DNA of 64,000 nt from NCBI GenBank assembly GCA_965250285.1, contig OZ252299.1, positions 2,272,001 to 2,336,000 on the forward strand, given 5' to 3'. Position numbers and translations under genes: made by a program. Of the stretch, positions 49,312-59,291 are shown in pieces. The stretch is from Myxococcota bacterium. GTDB lineage: Bacteria; Myxococcota_A; UBA9160; UBA4427. Within the stretch, counting starts at the first letter, position 1, and each line of letters begins with the position of its first letter. The notes beneath the pieces were generated by a model. It was given only the letters and a program-made list of their open reading frames with translations. It was not told where the DNA came from and did not search any database.

Positions 49312-50340
49312 ATGGAACGACCGATCCTGCTCGCCGGCGTGCCCGGCTCCCCCTACTCGCGCAAGATGCGCGCCGTCCTGCGCTACCGACAGATCCCGCA
49401 CCGGTTTCTGTCGGCGCACACGACTGCCGTGAAGGGCCTGCCGCCGACACCGCGGCCGCTGCTGCCAGGCATGTGGTTGCCCGAAGGCGACGACGGCTGG
49501 ACGGCGGTGAGCGACTCGACCTTTCAGATGGCCGAGCTCGAACAGCTCTACCCCGAGCGAAGCCTGCGCCCGGTCGACGGGGGCATCGCCTTCATCGACG
49601 ACCTGATCGAGGACTACGGCGACGAGTGGGTGACGAAGCCGATGTTCTTCTACCGCTGGGGCATCGACGAGAACGTCGATCACGCGTGCAATGTGCTGCC
49701 GCTCTGGAACATCGGGGTCCCCGATGCGTTCGTCGAGCAGTTCCGGGGCTCGTTCGGCCAGCGCCAGATCGATCGGCTCTCGGGCGTCGTCACGGGCGAC
49801 CTCGAGGTCTGCGGACCGATCATCATGCAGAGCTACGAGCGACTGCTCGCGATCCTGCGCGACCGGCTGGCCGCGAGCCGCTTCGTGCTCGGCGAGCGGC
49901 CGGGCGCGGGCGATTTCGGCCTGTACGGCCAGCTGACCCAGCTGGTGGGCGTCGAGCCCACTTCGATGGCCGCGGCGCGCGCGATCGCGCCGCGCGTCAT
50001 GAGCTGGGTCGACGTCGTCGAAGACCTCTCGGGGCTCGAGGTGTCGGGCGACGCGGGCTGGGACGGGCGCGACGCCGTACGCGAAGGCCTGCGCGACCTG
50101 CTGGTCGAGATCGGCCGCACCTACGTCCCCTTCATGCTCGCCAATGCCGCGGCGGTCGACGCCGGCGACGAGCGGATGGAGTGCGAGATCGACGGCCAGA
50201 AGTACTGGCAGAAGTCGTTCGGCTATCAGCGCAAGTGCGTGGGCTGGCTGCGCGAGAAGTACGCCGCCCTGGCCGACGACGATCGCGCCTTCGTCGACGC
50301 GACCCTCGCCGGCACGGGCTGCGAGGCGCTGGTGGCCTGA
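49312..50340 (+). CDS. Glutathione S-transferase family protein
   Basis: GVPGSPYSRKMRAVLRYR, SDST, EDYGDEW, FVLGERPGAGDFGLYGQL. Confidence 0.88.
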   Translation: MERPILLAGVPGSPYSRKMRAVLRYRQIPHRFLSAHTTAVKGLPPTPRPLLPGMWLPEGDDGWTAVSDSTFQMAELEQLYPERSLRPVDGGIAFIDDLIEDYGDEWVTKPMFFYRWGIDENVDHACNVLPLWNIGVPDAFVEQFRGSFGQRQIDRLSGVVTGDLEVCGPIIMQSYERLLAILRDRLAASRFVLGERPGAGDFGLYGQLTQLVGVEPTSMAAARAIAPRVMSWVDVVEDLSGLEVSGDAGWDGRDAVREGLRDLLVEIGRTYVPFMLANAAAVDAGDERMECEIDGQKYWQKSFGYQRKCVGWLREKYAALADDDRAFVDATLAGTGCEALVA

Positions 50341-50367
50341 CGCGCGGCCGAGGGCTCGGCCCGCGGA

Positions 50368-50706
50368 TCACGGCGCGAGGCGTGCCTTGTCGAACAACAG
50401 CTCGACGCGCTGCACCGCGCCGTCGGCCACCGTCACGGCCTCGGCCATGGGCACCGGCCCGTCCGGCAAGCCGAGGTCGAAGTCATAGACGGTGACGGCG
50501 GTCGAGCCATCCCAGGCCTGGTGCCGAATCTCGAGCCCCTTCACCCGCTGGGTCAGCCCCCCGAGCGCGCCGCGAAACGCCGCGGCCGAGTCGAGGTTCA
50601 TCATCGGGCTGGCGAACGCGAGCCCCTCGTCCATCGGCACCGCATCGAGCTCGATCTCGCTGCGCAGGGCCGCGTAGTACGCGTCGACCACTCTCTGTCG
50701 ATCCAT
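50368..50706 (-). CDS. SnoaL-like/NTF2 protein
   Basis: VVDAYYAAL..FASPM..VYDF..MAEAVTVADG..VELLFD. GGAG RBS. Confidence 0.8.
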   Translation of the reverse strand: MDRQRVVDAYYAALRSEIELDAVPMDEGLAFASPMMNLDSAAAFRGALGGLTQRVKGLEIRHQAWDGSTAVTVYDFDLGLPDGPVPMAEAVTVADGAVQRVELLFDKARLAP

Positions 50707-50783
50707 CTGGGTCTCCTCGGACGGCGGAGCCGCCCTCTGCTGCGGCGGATCATCCCGCCGAGTCCCCAGGTCTACCGCGCACG

Positions 50784-50805
50784 AAATATGACAGCTAACA
50801 TATCT
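50784..50805. promoter_or_regulatory. Probable TetR operator
   Basis: AT-rich ATATG-N8-CATAT immediately before the tetR ATG, between divergent genes. Confidence 0.6.
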
Positions 50806-50807
50806 GC

Positions 50808-51419
50808 ATGGGATACAGCGAAGAACACGTCGCAGACACTCGCCGGCGCATCCTCGAATCAGCGGGCAAGCTGTTTCGGGCGCGTGGCTTCCAGGGCGTC
50901 GGCATCGACGAGATCATGGCCGGCGCCGGACTCACCCGGGGCGGTTTCTACGCGCACTTCCGCTCGAAGGAGGACCTGCTCAGGCGGGTGCTCGAGCAGG
51001 AGTTCGAGTTCACGATGCGGCTGCGCGATGCGCTGGAGCAGGATGCCGTGTCGGACGCCCGCGCCTGCTCCGACGCTCTGGCCGCGATCGACTACTACCT
51101 TGCGCCCGGCAATCGGCGTCGCATCGCGCGCGGCTGCACGCTGGTTTCGAACACGCCCGACGTGGCGCGCGCCTCGACGCAGACGCGCGACGCGTACACG
51201 GCGAGCTTTCGAGACCTCGCCGATCAATTCGAAGCCCTGCTCGCGGCCTCGACCGACGGCGACCGCGACCGGGCCCTGGCGGCGATCGCCACGTGCGTCG
51301 GCGGCGTCTCGCTCGCGCGCTGCCTGCGCGACGAAGCCCTGGCGACGCGCATGCTCGGCGCCTGCCGCGCCGCCGTGCATCGCGAGCTCGGCTACGGGGA
51401 CGCGCCGCCCCGCTCGTGA
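50808..51419 (+). CDS. TetR/AcrR family regulator
   Basis: TRRRILESAGKLFRARGF..GIDEIMAGAGLTRGGFYAHFRSKEDL. Confidence 0.95.
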   Translation: MGYSEEHVADTRRRILESAGKLFRARGFQGVGIDEIMAGAGLTRGGFYAHFRSKEDLLRRVLEQEFEFTMRLRDALEQDAVSDARACSDALAAIDYYLAPGNRRRIARGCTLVSNTPDVARASTQTRDAYTASFRDLADQFEALLAASTDGDRDRALAAIATCVGGVSLARCLRDEALATRMLGACRAAVHRELGYGDAPPRS

Positions 51420-51447
51420 GCGTGGCTCCGTGCGGTGAAGTGCGGCG

Positions 51448-51930
51448 CTAGGAGCGGGCTTCAGCCACGACCCGGGCCGCGTTCGCCTGCAAGCGCAGGA
51501 GCAGCCGCGCGAGCTGCTGACGCTCGGCCCGCGAGATGTCGAGGCGCAGGGCAGCCCGCACCTCGCGATCGATCTCGTTGATCGGCCCGACGAGACTCTG
51601 GCCGCTCGGGGTGACCGAGACGAGCCAGGCCCGTCGGTCGGCGGGATCGGTGCCCCGCTCGACGAGGCCGCGGCGCTCGAGCCCTTCGACGATGGTGCCC
51701 GTCGCGGCCCGCCCGACGCCCAGCCCCTTGGCGAGCTGGGTCTGTCGGAGCGGACCGCGTTCGAACACGAAGGCGAGCAGCGTCGCCTGGGTGAGGTTCA
51801 GCTCGAGCGCAGCGTAGGCCTGGTCGTACGCGATGCGCACGAGTCGCGAGGTCGCCATGAGCGTCGACTCGACGCGCTGCCAGGGCGGCGCGTCGAGCTC
51901 GTGCTCGGGGCTGCGGGCCTCCGCCGTCAT
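51448..51930 (-). CDS. MarR family regulator
   Basis: LNLTQATLL, QTQLA, LERRGLVER..DPADRR..LVSVT..G. Confidence 0.92.
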   Translation of the reverse strand: MTAEARSPEHELDAPPWQRVESTLMATSRLVRIAYDQAYAALELNLTQATLLAFVFERGPLRQTQLAKGLGVGRAATGTIVEGLERRGLVERGTDPADRRAWLVSVTPSGQSLVGPINEIDREVRAALRLDISRAERQQLARLLLRLQANAARVVAEARS

Positions 51931-51950
51931 CTCGAGCCGCTCGCCCCGCC

Positions 51951-53132
51951 CTACTCGCGGCGCAGCAGGGTGCCGGTGCCGAGGCCACCACCGCAGCACA
52001 TGGTCACGATCGCGTGCTCCTTGTCGACGCGCGCGAGCTCGTGAATGGCCTTGGTGAGGAGCACCGCACCGGTGCCGCCGAGCGGGTGGCCGAGGGCGAT
52101 GGCGCCGCCGTTCGGGTTCACCTTCGCCATGTCGGGCTTGAGCTCCTTCTCCCACGCCAGCACCACCGAGGCGAACGCCTCGTTGATCTCGACGAGGTCG
52201 ATGTCGCCCATCGTCAGGTCGTTGCGCGCGAGCAGACGCTGGGTCGCGCCGATCGGGCCCGTCAGCATCAGCGCCGGATCCGAGCCAGTGAGGCAGCTGT
52301 CGACGATCGTGGCCTTGGGCGTGAGCCCCAGGCTCTTGGCCTTCTCGCGGGTCATCATCAGCACCGCACCGGCGCCGTCCGAGATCTGCGAGGACGTGCC
52401 AGCGGTGTGCACGCCATCGGGCAGGTTCGTGCGCAGGCCAGCGAGGCTCTCGACGCTGGTCTCGCGCAGGCCCTCGTCCCGGGTGATCGTCGTGGTCGTC
52501 TCGAGCGGGTTGCGATCCTCATCGAGCTCGGGGGCCGTGATCGGCGTGATCTGCGTGCTGAAGCGATCGTCGGCCCAGGCCTCGGCCCCGCGCGCCTGAC
52601 TCTGCGCGCCGAAGGCGTCGGCGTCCTCGCGCGTGATGCCCCACTGCTTCGCGATCATGTCGGCGCCCTGGAACTGCGAGGTCCACTCGTGGTGATCCCA
52701 GTAGGCCTTGGTCACCGGCTTGCCGACGTTCGGGTCCTTGGGGATCGTCGCGCCCATGGGCACGCGGCTCATCACCTCGACGCCGCAGCCGACGGCGACG
52801 TCGACGACGCCGCTCTTGACGAGGCCGTAGGCCAGATTCGTCGCCTGCTGCGACGAGCCGCACTGCGCGTCGACGGTCGTCGCGGGCGCCTCGAGAGGCA
52901 GCCCCTGGGCCAGCCATGCCCCGCGCGTCACGTTCATCGTCTGCATGCCGACCTGCCCCACGCAGCCGCCGACCACCTGGCCGACCTCCATCGGGTCGAT
53001 GCCGGAGCGATCGATGAGCGCCTTCTGGACCTGCCCCAGCAGATCGAGCGAATGGGTGCCCGAGAGTCCGCCCTTGCGGCGGCCAATCGGGGAACGGACG
53101 GCTTCGATGACGACGACGTCTTGATCGGACAT
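51951..53132 (-). CDS. 3-ketoacyl-CoA thiolase (FadA5-like steroid thiolase)
   Basis: TTVDAQCGSSQQA, EINEAF, NGGAIALGHPLG, MCCGGG. Confidence 0.93.
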   Translation of the reverse strand: MSDQDVVVIEAVRSPIGRRKGGLSGTHSLDLLGQVQKALIDRSGIDPMEVGQVVGGCVGQVGMQTMNVTRGAWLAQGLPLEAPATTVDAQCGSSQQATNLAYGLVKSGVVDVAVGCGVEVMSRVPMGATIPKDPNVGKPVTKAYWDHHEWTSQFQGADMIAKQWGITREDADAFGAQSQARGAEAWADDRFSTQITPITAPELDEDRNPLETTTTITRDEGLRETSVESLAGLRTNLPDGVHTAGTSSQISDGAGAVLMMTREKAKSLGLTPKATIVDSCLTGSDPALMLTGPIGATQRLLARNDLTMGDIDLVEINEAFASVVLAWEKELKPDMAKVNPNGGAIALGHPLGGTGAVLLTKAIHELARVDKEHAIVTMCCGGGLGTGTLLRRE

Positions 53133-53272
53133 GAAGATCTCCTGTCGGGCGGATCCGCCCGGGCTGCGTGGTCCGGTCCTGGACCGGCCCCGTGATGACT
53201 GAGAAGGGTTGCTCTCGAGCCGAAGCGGCTCGCGAAGAGGCTTGGCGCAGCGGATTCGGGGGGCGTCCGCAG

Positions 53273-53295
53273 AAAGTAAGTTAGCGTACTATTTT
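53273..53295. promoter_or_regulatory. Candidate MarR operator upstream of the thiolase-marR operon
   Basis: AT-rich imperfect palindrome AAAGTAAG-TTAG-CGTACTATTTT in a GC-rich background. Confidence 0.5.
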
Positions 53296-53530
53296 CGGGC
53301 GCAAGCCCCGGGCGCGATGCGTCGCGCGGAGCGGGGCGACCCCACCGCCCGGCTGGCTGCCCCAAGCCCAAACGCCCCCCTGGCCTCGGCTTCGAGGTCC
53401 GGGGAGGCGCTCTGTGTGCGCGGTCGCCGAGGCCTGCGGCATCGCGTCCCCGACCGAACCCCGCCCGGTCGACGATGCGATCGCGCCCGTTCTGGCGCGC
53501 CGGGCCCTGACGCGCGCTCCGGGCTTGCCC

Positions 53531-53914
53531 TCAGCCGGCCAGGTAGAGGAACTCTTCCTGGACGACCTTGCCGTTCTTCACGGTGTAGAGACCGACCTCC
53601 TCCATCTGCGATCGCTCGCCGGTCGGCTTGAACGTCACATCGAGGTTGAAGCGCACGACGAACTGGTCGTCGCGAAAGCCCGCGTACGGGCCGGTCGCCG
53701 AGCTCTCGTGAATCTCGTGGTTCTCGTACCACCACGCGCCCTTCTGGCGCACGGCGTCGAGCCCCTCCATGCGGGCCGGCATGGCCTCGCCATCCTGGCC
53801 CTCGATGCTCACGACCTTCTCGTCATAGAGCTGCTCGACGGCTTCCTCGCCCTTGCCGTCATTGCTCATGGCGACGATCTGCTGACCGATCTCGATGTTG
53901 GTGGGATTCGACAC
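53531..53914 (-). CDS. SnoaL-like/NTF2 family protein
   Basis: LYDEKVVSIE, GLDAVRQKGAWW, MEEVGLYTVKNGKVVQEEFLY. AAGGAG RBS before GTG. Confidence 0.88.
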   Translation of the reverse strand: MSNPTNIEIGQQIVAMSNDGKGEEAVEQLYDEKVVSIEGQDGEAMPARMEGLDAVRQKGAWWYENHEIHESSATGPYAGFRDDQFVVRFNLDVTFKPTGERSQMEEVGLYTVKNGKVVQEEFLYLAG

Positions 53915-54087
53915 GGGGTCTCCTTCGTTCCTCGCTCCCGACAGCGCGGGGTGCATTCGAGGGGTGGGGACGACGCGCAACGCTCGCGAGATGCGCCTGC
54001 GTCCGGGGTTCCACGCCGGACCGCCGCGGCCCGACGCCATGGAGTGTAGGCACGTCCGTGCCCGGACGGCACGCGGCTGCGGACCGA

Positions 54088-54140
54088 CTGCTGACAGGGC
54101 CCTGTCAGCAGCGCCTGTGACCTGCTGACACATGCTGTCA
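54088..54140. promoter_or_regulatory. Tandem TGACA-N5/6-TGTCA operator-like palindromes
   Basis: Perfect 24-bp palindrome CTGCTGACAGGGCCCTGTCAGCAG and a second copy CTGCTGACACATGCTGTCA 34 bp downstream. Confidence 0.7.
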
Positions 54141-54225
54141 CCCTCTTCGCCGAAGTCGAGACGGCCGCGCGTGGACCTGGGTCCACCGCGCAACCCCGCA
54201 GGCCGCGGCGCGGTACGATCGCGGC

Positions 54226-54873
54226 ATGCCGATCGACCTCGCACCCCTGCTCGCGCCGCAAGAGACCGCCGTCGTCGTCTTCGAGTGCCAGGAGCGCATC
54301 GTCGGCGAAACGAGCGTGCTGCCTGGGCTCGCCGCGGCCGTCCGCGAGGCCGGGGTGATCGACCGCATCGCGGTGCTCGTCGCGAGCGCGCGCGACGCAT
54401 CGGTGCCGGTGATGTACGCCACGATCCGCCCCGACCCGCATGCCGCCCCCCGCCCGGCGGCGACCCCGCTCGAGCACCGGCTGCAGCGCGAAGTGGGCGG
54501 CGACACGGCGGCGCCCGTCGACATGGGCCCGGTGGTCGACGCCCTCGCTCCACGCGAGACCGACATCGTCGTCGAGCGACACGTAGGCCTCACGGGCTTC
54601 CACGGCAGCGGGCTCGACGTGACGCTCCAGCACCTGGGGGCGCGCCAGATCGTGCTCGTCGGCGTGTCCCTGAACGTCGGCATCGTCGGCACCGCGATCG
54701 AGGCCGTGAACCGGGGCTATCCCGTCGTGGTCGTGTCGGATTGTGTCGCCGCAGATCCGGGCGAGTTCGCTGAACCGGCCCTTCGCCACTCGATTCGGCC
54801 GGTCGCGTTCGTCGCAACGAGCGCCGAGGTGCGCGCGGTGTGGGCCGATGCGAGGCGGGATGGCGAAGCCTGA
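54226..54873 (+). CDS. Isochorismatase/cysteine-hydrolase fold protein
   Basis: TAVVVFECQ, LAPRETDIVVER, FHGSGLDVTL..LG, GVSLNVGI..TAIEAVNRGY.VVVVSDCVA. Confidence 0.85.
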   Translation: MPIDLAPLLAPQETAVVVFECQERIVGETSVLPGLAAAVREAGVIDRIAVLVASARDASVPVMYATIRPDPHAAPRPAATPLEHRLQREVGGDTAAPVDMGPVVDALAPRETDIVVERHVGLTGFHGSGLDVTLQHLGARQIVLVGVSLNVGIVGTAIEAVNRGYPVVVVSDCVAADPGEFAEPALRHSIRPVAFVATSAEVRAVWADARRDGEA

Positions 54874-54918
54874 CCGGGGTTCGCCATCATTCGGCGACCC
54901 CGACCGAGGAGAGCCGAC

Positions 54919-56325
54919 GTGTCCGACTTCACGCTCACGATCGACGGCGCCGCCGTCGCCACCGACAAGACCTTCGAAGTGATCGACCCCGCCACCGAGA
55001 CCGTCTACGCCCACGCGCCCGATGCCGCGCGGGACGATCTCGACCGCGCAGTCTCGGCCGCGAGCGCGGCCTTCCCCGGTTGGCGAGACACGGCGCTCGA
55101 AGAGCGGCGCACCGCGCTGCTCGCGCTCGCCGACAAGGTCGAGGCGGCGCTCCCCGAGCTCGCCGAGCTGCTCGTCCACGAGCAGGGCAAGAGCCGGATG
55201 AACGCCGCGATGGAGGTCGGCATCTCGGCGATGTGGATTCGCGCCGTCGCAGCGACCGACCTGCCGGTCGAGGTGCTCTCGGAGGACGATACGAAGCGCG
55301 TCGAGGTGCGTCGCAAGCCGGTCGGCGTCGTCGGCGCGATCACGCCGTGGAACTTCCCGCTGGTGCTCTCGGTCTGGAAGGTCGCACCGGCCCTGGCCAC
55401 CGGGAACACGATGGTCCTCAAGCCCTCGCCCTACACCCCGCTCACGATCCTGCGTTTCGGCGAGATCGCCCGCGAGGTCCTGCCCGCCGGCGTGCTCAAC
55501 GTCGTGACGGGCGGCGACGAGCTCGGTCGCTGGATGACCGAGCACGACGGCATCCACAAGATCTCGTTCACGGGTTCGGGCCCGACGGGCAAGAAGATCA
55601 TGGCGAGCGCGTCGGGCAGCCTGAAGCGCATCACCCTCGAGCTCGGCGGCAACGACGCCGCGATCGTGCGCGCCGACGCCGACGTCGAAGCGATCGCCGA
55701 GCCGATCTTCGCGATGGCGTTCCAGAACAGCGGGCAGGTGTGCGGAGCGATCAAGCGCCTGTACGTGCACGACGACGTCTACGACCGCATGTGCGACGCG
55801 CTCGCAAAGAAGGCGGCGACGATGACGGTCGGCCCCGGCGATGCCGACGGCACCGACTACGGCCCGGTTCAGAACCGCATGCAGTTCGAGAAGGTGTGCG
55901 AGCTGGCCGAGAGCGCGAAGGCCGACGGCGGACGTTTTCTCACCGGCGGCGAGCCCATGGAAGGCAAGGGCTACTTCTTCCCCATCACGCTGGTCGCCGA
56001 TCTGACCGACGGCCATCGCCTGGTCGACGAGGAGCCGTTCGGGCCGATCCTTCCGATCATCCGCTTCACCGACGACGACGACGTCGTGCGGCGCGCGAAC
56101 GACTCGTCGTTCGGACTCGGCGGATCGGTTTGGAGCGCCGATGTCGAGAAGGCGACCGACATGGCGGCGCGACTCGAAACGGGCTCGGCCTGGGTCAACC
56201 AGCACTTCGACCTGAGCCCGATGGTGCCCTTCGGCGGCGTGAAGGAGAGCGGCATGGGCGTCGAGAACGGCGTCGACGGCCTGCGCGAGTTCACGACCTC
56301 GCAGGTGCTGAACGTCAAGAAGTAG
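54919..56325 (+). CDS. NAD-dependent aldehyde dehydrogenase
   Basis: ITPWNFP, FTGSGPTG, LELGGNDA, NSGQVC, EEPFGP, PFGGVKESG. Confidence 0.96.
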   Translation: MSDFTLTIDGAAVATDKTFEVIDPATETVYAHAPDAARDDLDRAVSAASAAFPGWRDTALEERRTALLALADKVEAALPELAELLVHEQGKSRMNAAMEVGISAMWIRAVAATDLPVEVLSEDDTKRVEVRRKPVGVVGAITPWNFPLVLSVWKVAPALATGNTMVLKPSPYTPLTILRFGEIAREVLPAGVLNVVTGGDELGRWMTEHDGIHKISFTGSGPTGKKIMASASGSLKRITLELGGNDAAIVRADADVEAIAEPIFAMAFQNSGQVCGAIKRLYVHDDVYDRMCDALAKKAATMTVGPGDADGTDYGPVQNRMQFEKVCELAESAKADGGRFLTGGEPMEGKGYFFPITLVADLTDGHRLVDEEPFGPILPIIRFTDDDDVVRRANDSSFGLGGSVWSADVEKATDMAARLETGSAWVNQHFDLSPMVPFGGVKESGMGVENGVDGLREFTTSQVLNVKK

Positions 56326-56347
56326 CGCGCCCGACCGGGCGCGCCGC

Positions 56348-58972
56348 TCAGCGCGCTTCGTCGAGCACGCGCTGCACCAGGGCCTGCAGCTGGCCGAGAT
56401 CGTAGGGCTTGCCGAGCGACTCGGTATGCGGCTCGAAGAGCTCGGGGTCGTCGAAGCCCAGCAGGCCCGACACCAGGATCGCCGGCGTTCCGGGTCGGAT
56501 CTCGCGGATGCGCTTCAGCGCTTCGAAGCCGTCGACGAACGGCATGGTCACGTCGAGCAGCACCAGGTCGACTTCGGTGGGGGCGGCTTCGAACGTCTCG
56601 ACTGCCTCGCGACCATCGGCAGCCTCGATCACCTCGTAGCCCGCGCGCGAGAGAACGCGCGCGACCAGCTGCCGCAGCTTCTCTTCGTCGTCGGCCACGA
56701 GCAGCCGACCGCGCCCTGCGCTGCCGCGCGTGCTCGGCGTCGGCTCCGCCGGCTCGACGCTCTCGGTCGTCGCCGGGATCGCCACGCGGAACGTGCTGCC
56801 CTGCCCGGGCTCGCTGTCGACGTCGACCCAGCCCCCATGGGCGCGGGCGGCGCCGTACACCACGGCCAGGCCGAGGCCCGTGCCTTCGTGCACGCCCTTG
56901 GTCGTGAAGAACGGGTCGAAGATGCGCTGGCGCGTTTCTTCGTCCATGCCCGGTCCGTCGTCGTGCACGACGAACTCGACGAAGAGCCCGGGTGCCGCAT
57001 CGTCGACGACCGGCCGCAGGAACTCTCGCGCGCGCACGCCGAGCGAGATCTCGCCCTCGCCGCCCACCGCATCGCGTGCGTTCACCACGAGGTTGATCAG
57101 GATCTGCTGCAGCTGGGTCGGGTCGGCCATGAGGGCCGGCAGAGCCGGGTCGCTCTCGACGCGAAAGTCGATGGTCGCGGGGAGCAGCGATCGCAGCAGC
57201 CCGACGGCCTGGTCGACGACCCGGGTGGTCGACACGACTTCGGTGCGCAGCGGCGCGCGGCGCGCGAACGCGAGCAACGACTTCGTGAGGTCGGCACAGT
57301 GCTCGGCGGCCTGCACGGCGTCGCCGAGGGCTTCACGCGCCTCGTCGTCACAGTCCCCGCTCTCGAGCACGAGCCGCGCGTTGCCCAGGATCGCCGTCAG
57401 CTGGTTGTTGAAATCGTGCGCGACGCCACCGGCGAGGGTGCCGAGCGTCTCCATCTTCTGCGACTGCCTCAGCTGCGCCTGAAGGCGACGCTCTTCGCTG
57501 ACGTCGCGCGTCACCCAGACGCGCCCCGCGACCCCGCCATCGTTTTCGTCGGGGATCGGCGCGCTGAACACCAGCAGCTCCCGCGGTTCGGCGCCGCCGA
57601 TATGGGCACTCACCGTCGTCGGCGCTTCATCGACGTCGGTGTCGAAGCAGCGGTTGAGGTCGCCCGGCTCGTCGACCCGCGCCGCGACGCTCGCCGGCAG
57701 GCGCGCGACCGGTCTCCCGATCCATTCGTCGGCCTCGGCGAGCCCCATATGGAACGCGAACGTGCCATTCATCAGCTCTGTGCGGCCGCCCGGGTCGGCG
57801 ACGAGGATGCCGGTCGGCGACGCAGCGAGCACCGAGCCGAGCTTGCGCCGCTCGACGGCGAGCCGCGCGACCGCTTCGACGTGCTGCAGCGCCAGCGAGA
57901 TCTCGCTGGCGGCGGTCTGCAGGATCCGCCGGTCGCTCTCGTCGAAGGGCTCCAACCAGCTTCGACCGAGCAGCAGGAAGCCGAGTGCGTCATCGCCGCG
58001 GCGCAGCGGCAGAATGCAGCCCGAGCGCAGCCCCGACTCGGCGTAGAGCGGGTGCACGGGGAGATCGGGCACCGCCAGGAGATCGTCGATGTAGATCGGC
58101 TCGCCCGTGGTCAACACCATCTGTGGCAGAGGCCGATCGGCCGAAGGCCGCAGCATGTCTTCGGGCATCACCAGCTCGATGTGCATGATGGCGTGCACGC
58201 ACTCGAAGTGGCGCTCGTCGTCGCAGAGCAGCCAGATGCCGCCCGCGTCGACGTTCATTCGCTCGTAGAGCGCATCGAGCGCGCAGCGACTGACTTCGAC
58301 CGGCTCGCTCTCGACGGTGCCCGCGTGGGCGATCGTGCGCAGCAGCTCGAGATCCTTCACGTGCTCGGCACGCACCTGCTCACCCAGCGCGAGGATCTGC
58401 GTCAGCGCGAGGGCCAGGGTGCCCGCCATGCCGAGACTGAAGTAGCTCGTCGAGGGGGTTGCGCTGCTCGACGTCAGATAGACCGTGTTGGTGATCTCGA
58501 GGACACCGAAGCCGATCAGGAGCAAGCCGAGCGTTCCGATGATGGGTGCCCCCTCCGACCGACGCGCGTGCAACAGCACGAGCCAGCCCGCGAGGAAGTC
58601 GACGGGCGCCTCGAAGAGATAGACGCCCGCGAGACGCACTGGCTCGAGGTCGGTCACCGATCCGAGGCCGCGCACGAGGCCGACCGCCAGCCCGATGGGC
58701 ACCAGCGCGCGCGGCACGGTGAGACCGGTGAACGCGAGCGCGCCCGCCAGCAGCAGGACAGGAAACGCGGTCCCGAGGCCATGCGCCACGAGGTCGGCCA
58801 AGACACCGGGCACGACGCTCGCCGCGAGCGAGACGAAGAACGCGATCCACGCCCAGGCCCACCACTTGGCCGATGAGCCGACGGCGATGCGGCGCACGTA
58901 GAAGAAGCCGACACCGACGAAGGCGCCGATGGCAGAGACGATCGCGACCTTGTCGAGCAACGCTCCGTCCAT
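56348..58972 (-). CDS. Hybrid sensor kinase (about 7TM-GAF-PAS-HisKA-HATPase-REC)
   Basis: QSQKMETLGTLAGGVAHDFNN, NLVVNARDA, DDGPGM, GTGLGL, REC LLDVTMP. Start at MDGALL. Confidence 0.92.
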   Translation of the reverse strand: MDGALLDKVAIVSAIGAFVGVGFFYVRRIAVGSSAKWWAWAWIAFFVSLAASVVPGVLADLVAHGLGTAFPVLLLAGALAFTGLTVPRALVPIGLAVGLVRGLGSVTDLEPVRLAGVYLFEAPVDFLAGWLVLLHARRSEGAPIIGTLGLLLIGFGVLEITNTVYLTSSSATPSTSYFSLGMAGTLALALTQILALGEQVRAEHVKDLELLRTIAHAGTVESEPVEVSRCALDALYERMNVDAGGIWLLCDDERHFECVHAIMHIELVMPEDMLRPSADRPLPQMVLTTGEPIYIDDLLAVPDLPVHPLYAESGLRSGCILPLRRGDDALGFLLLGRSWLEPFDESDRRILQTAASEISLALQHVEAVARLAVERRKLGSVLAASPTGILVADPGGRTELMNGTFAFHMGLAEADEWIGRPVARLPASVAARVDEPGDLNRCFDTDVDEAPTTVSAHIGGAEPRELLVFSAPIPDENDGGVAGRVWVTRDVSEERRLQAQLRQSQKMETLGTLAGGVAHDFNNQLTAILGNARLVLESGDCDDEAREALGDAVQAAEHCADLTKSLLAFARRAPLRTEVVSTTRVVDQAVGLLRSLLPATIDFRVESDPALPALMADPTQLQQILINLVVNARDAVGGEGEISLGVRAREFLRPVVDDAAPGLFVEFVVHDDGPGMDEETRQRIFDPFFTTKGVHEGTGLGLAVVYGAARAHGGWVDVDSEPGQGSTFRVAIPATTESVEPAEPTPSTRGSAGRGRLLVADDEEKLRQLVARVLSRAGYEVIEAADGREAVETFEAAPTEVDLVLLDVTMPFVDGFEALKRIREIRPGTPAILVSGLLGFDDPELFEPHTESLGKPYDLGQLQALVQRVLDEAR

Positions 58973-59291
58973 CGGTTCCCGCGTCGATGCGCGCTGCGGC
59001 CGCGCGTGGGCTCGTGACGCGCCGGGCCGGGTCCATCCCGGCCGAGTGCACGGTGCGCGCCGGGTTCGTGGCGGCGCTGCGCTCGGCCTGCGTCCTCCTG
59101 GAGATCGGCCGATTGGCCAGAAAGGTGTAGGCGGGCCGGGTCGATCTACCCCGCCGGGATCCGGACCCGCCGCGCAGCTTCTCGACACGCGTCCGCCCGT
59201 CGTCTGAATCGCGCACGCCAGGGCGCTTGCGTAGCGTGTGCGCGATTCGGCCCGGTGATCCGCTCCGCCGGGCCCCGCAAAGAGGATCCGG

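Noticed and set aside
56325..56344. Short hairpin GCGCGCCC-GACC-GGGCGCGC between convergent genes
   Set aside because: It has no U tract. It is probably an ordinary terminator-like stem and too weak to call.
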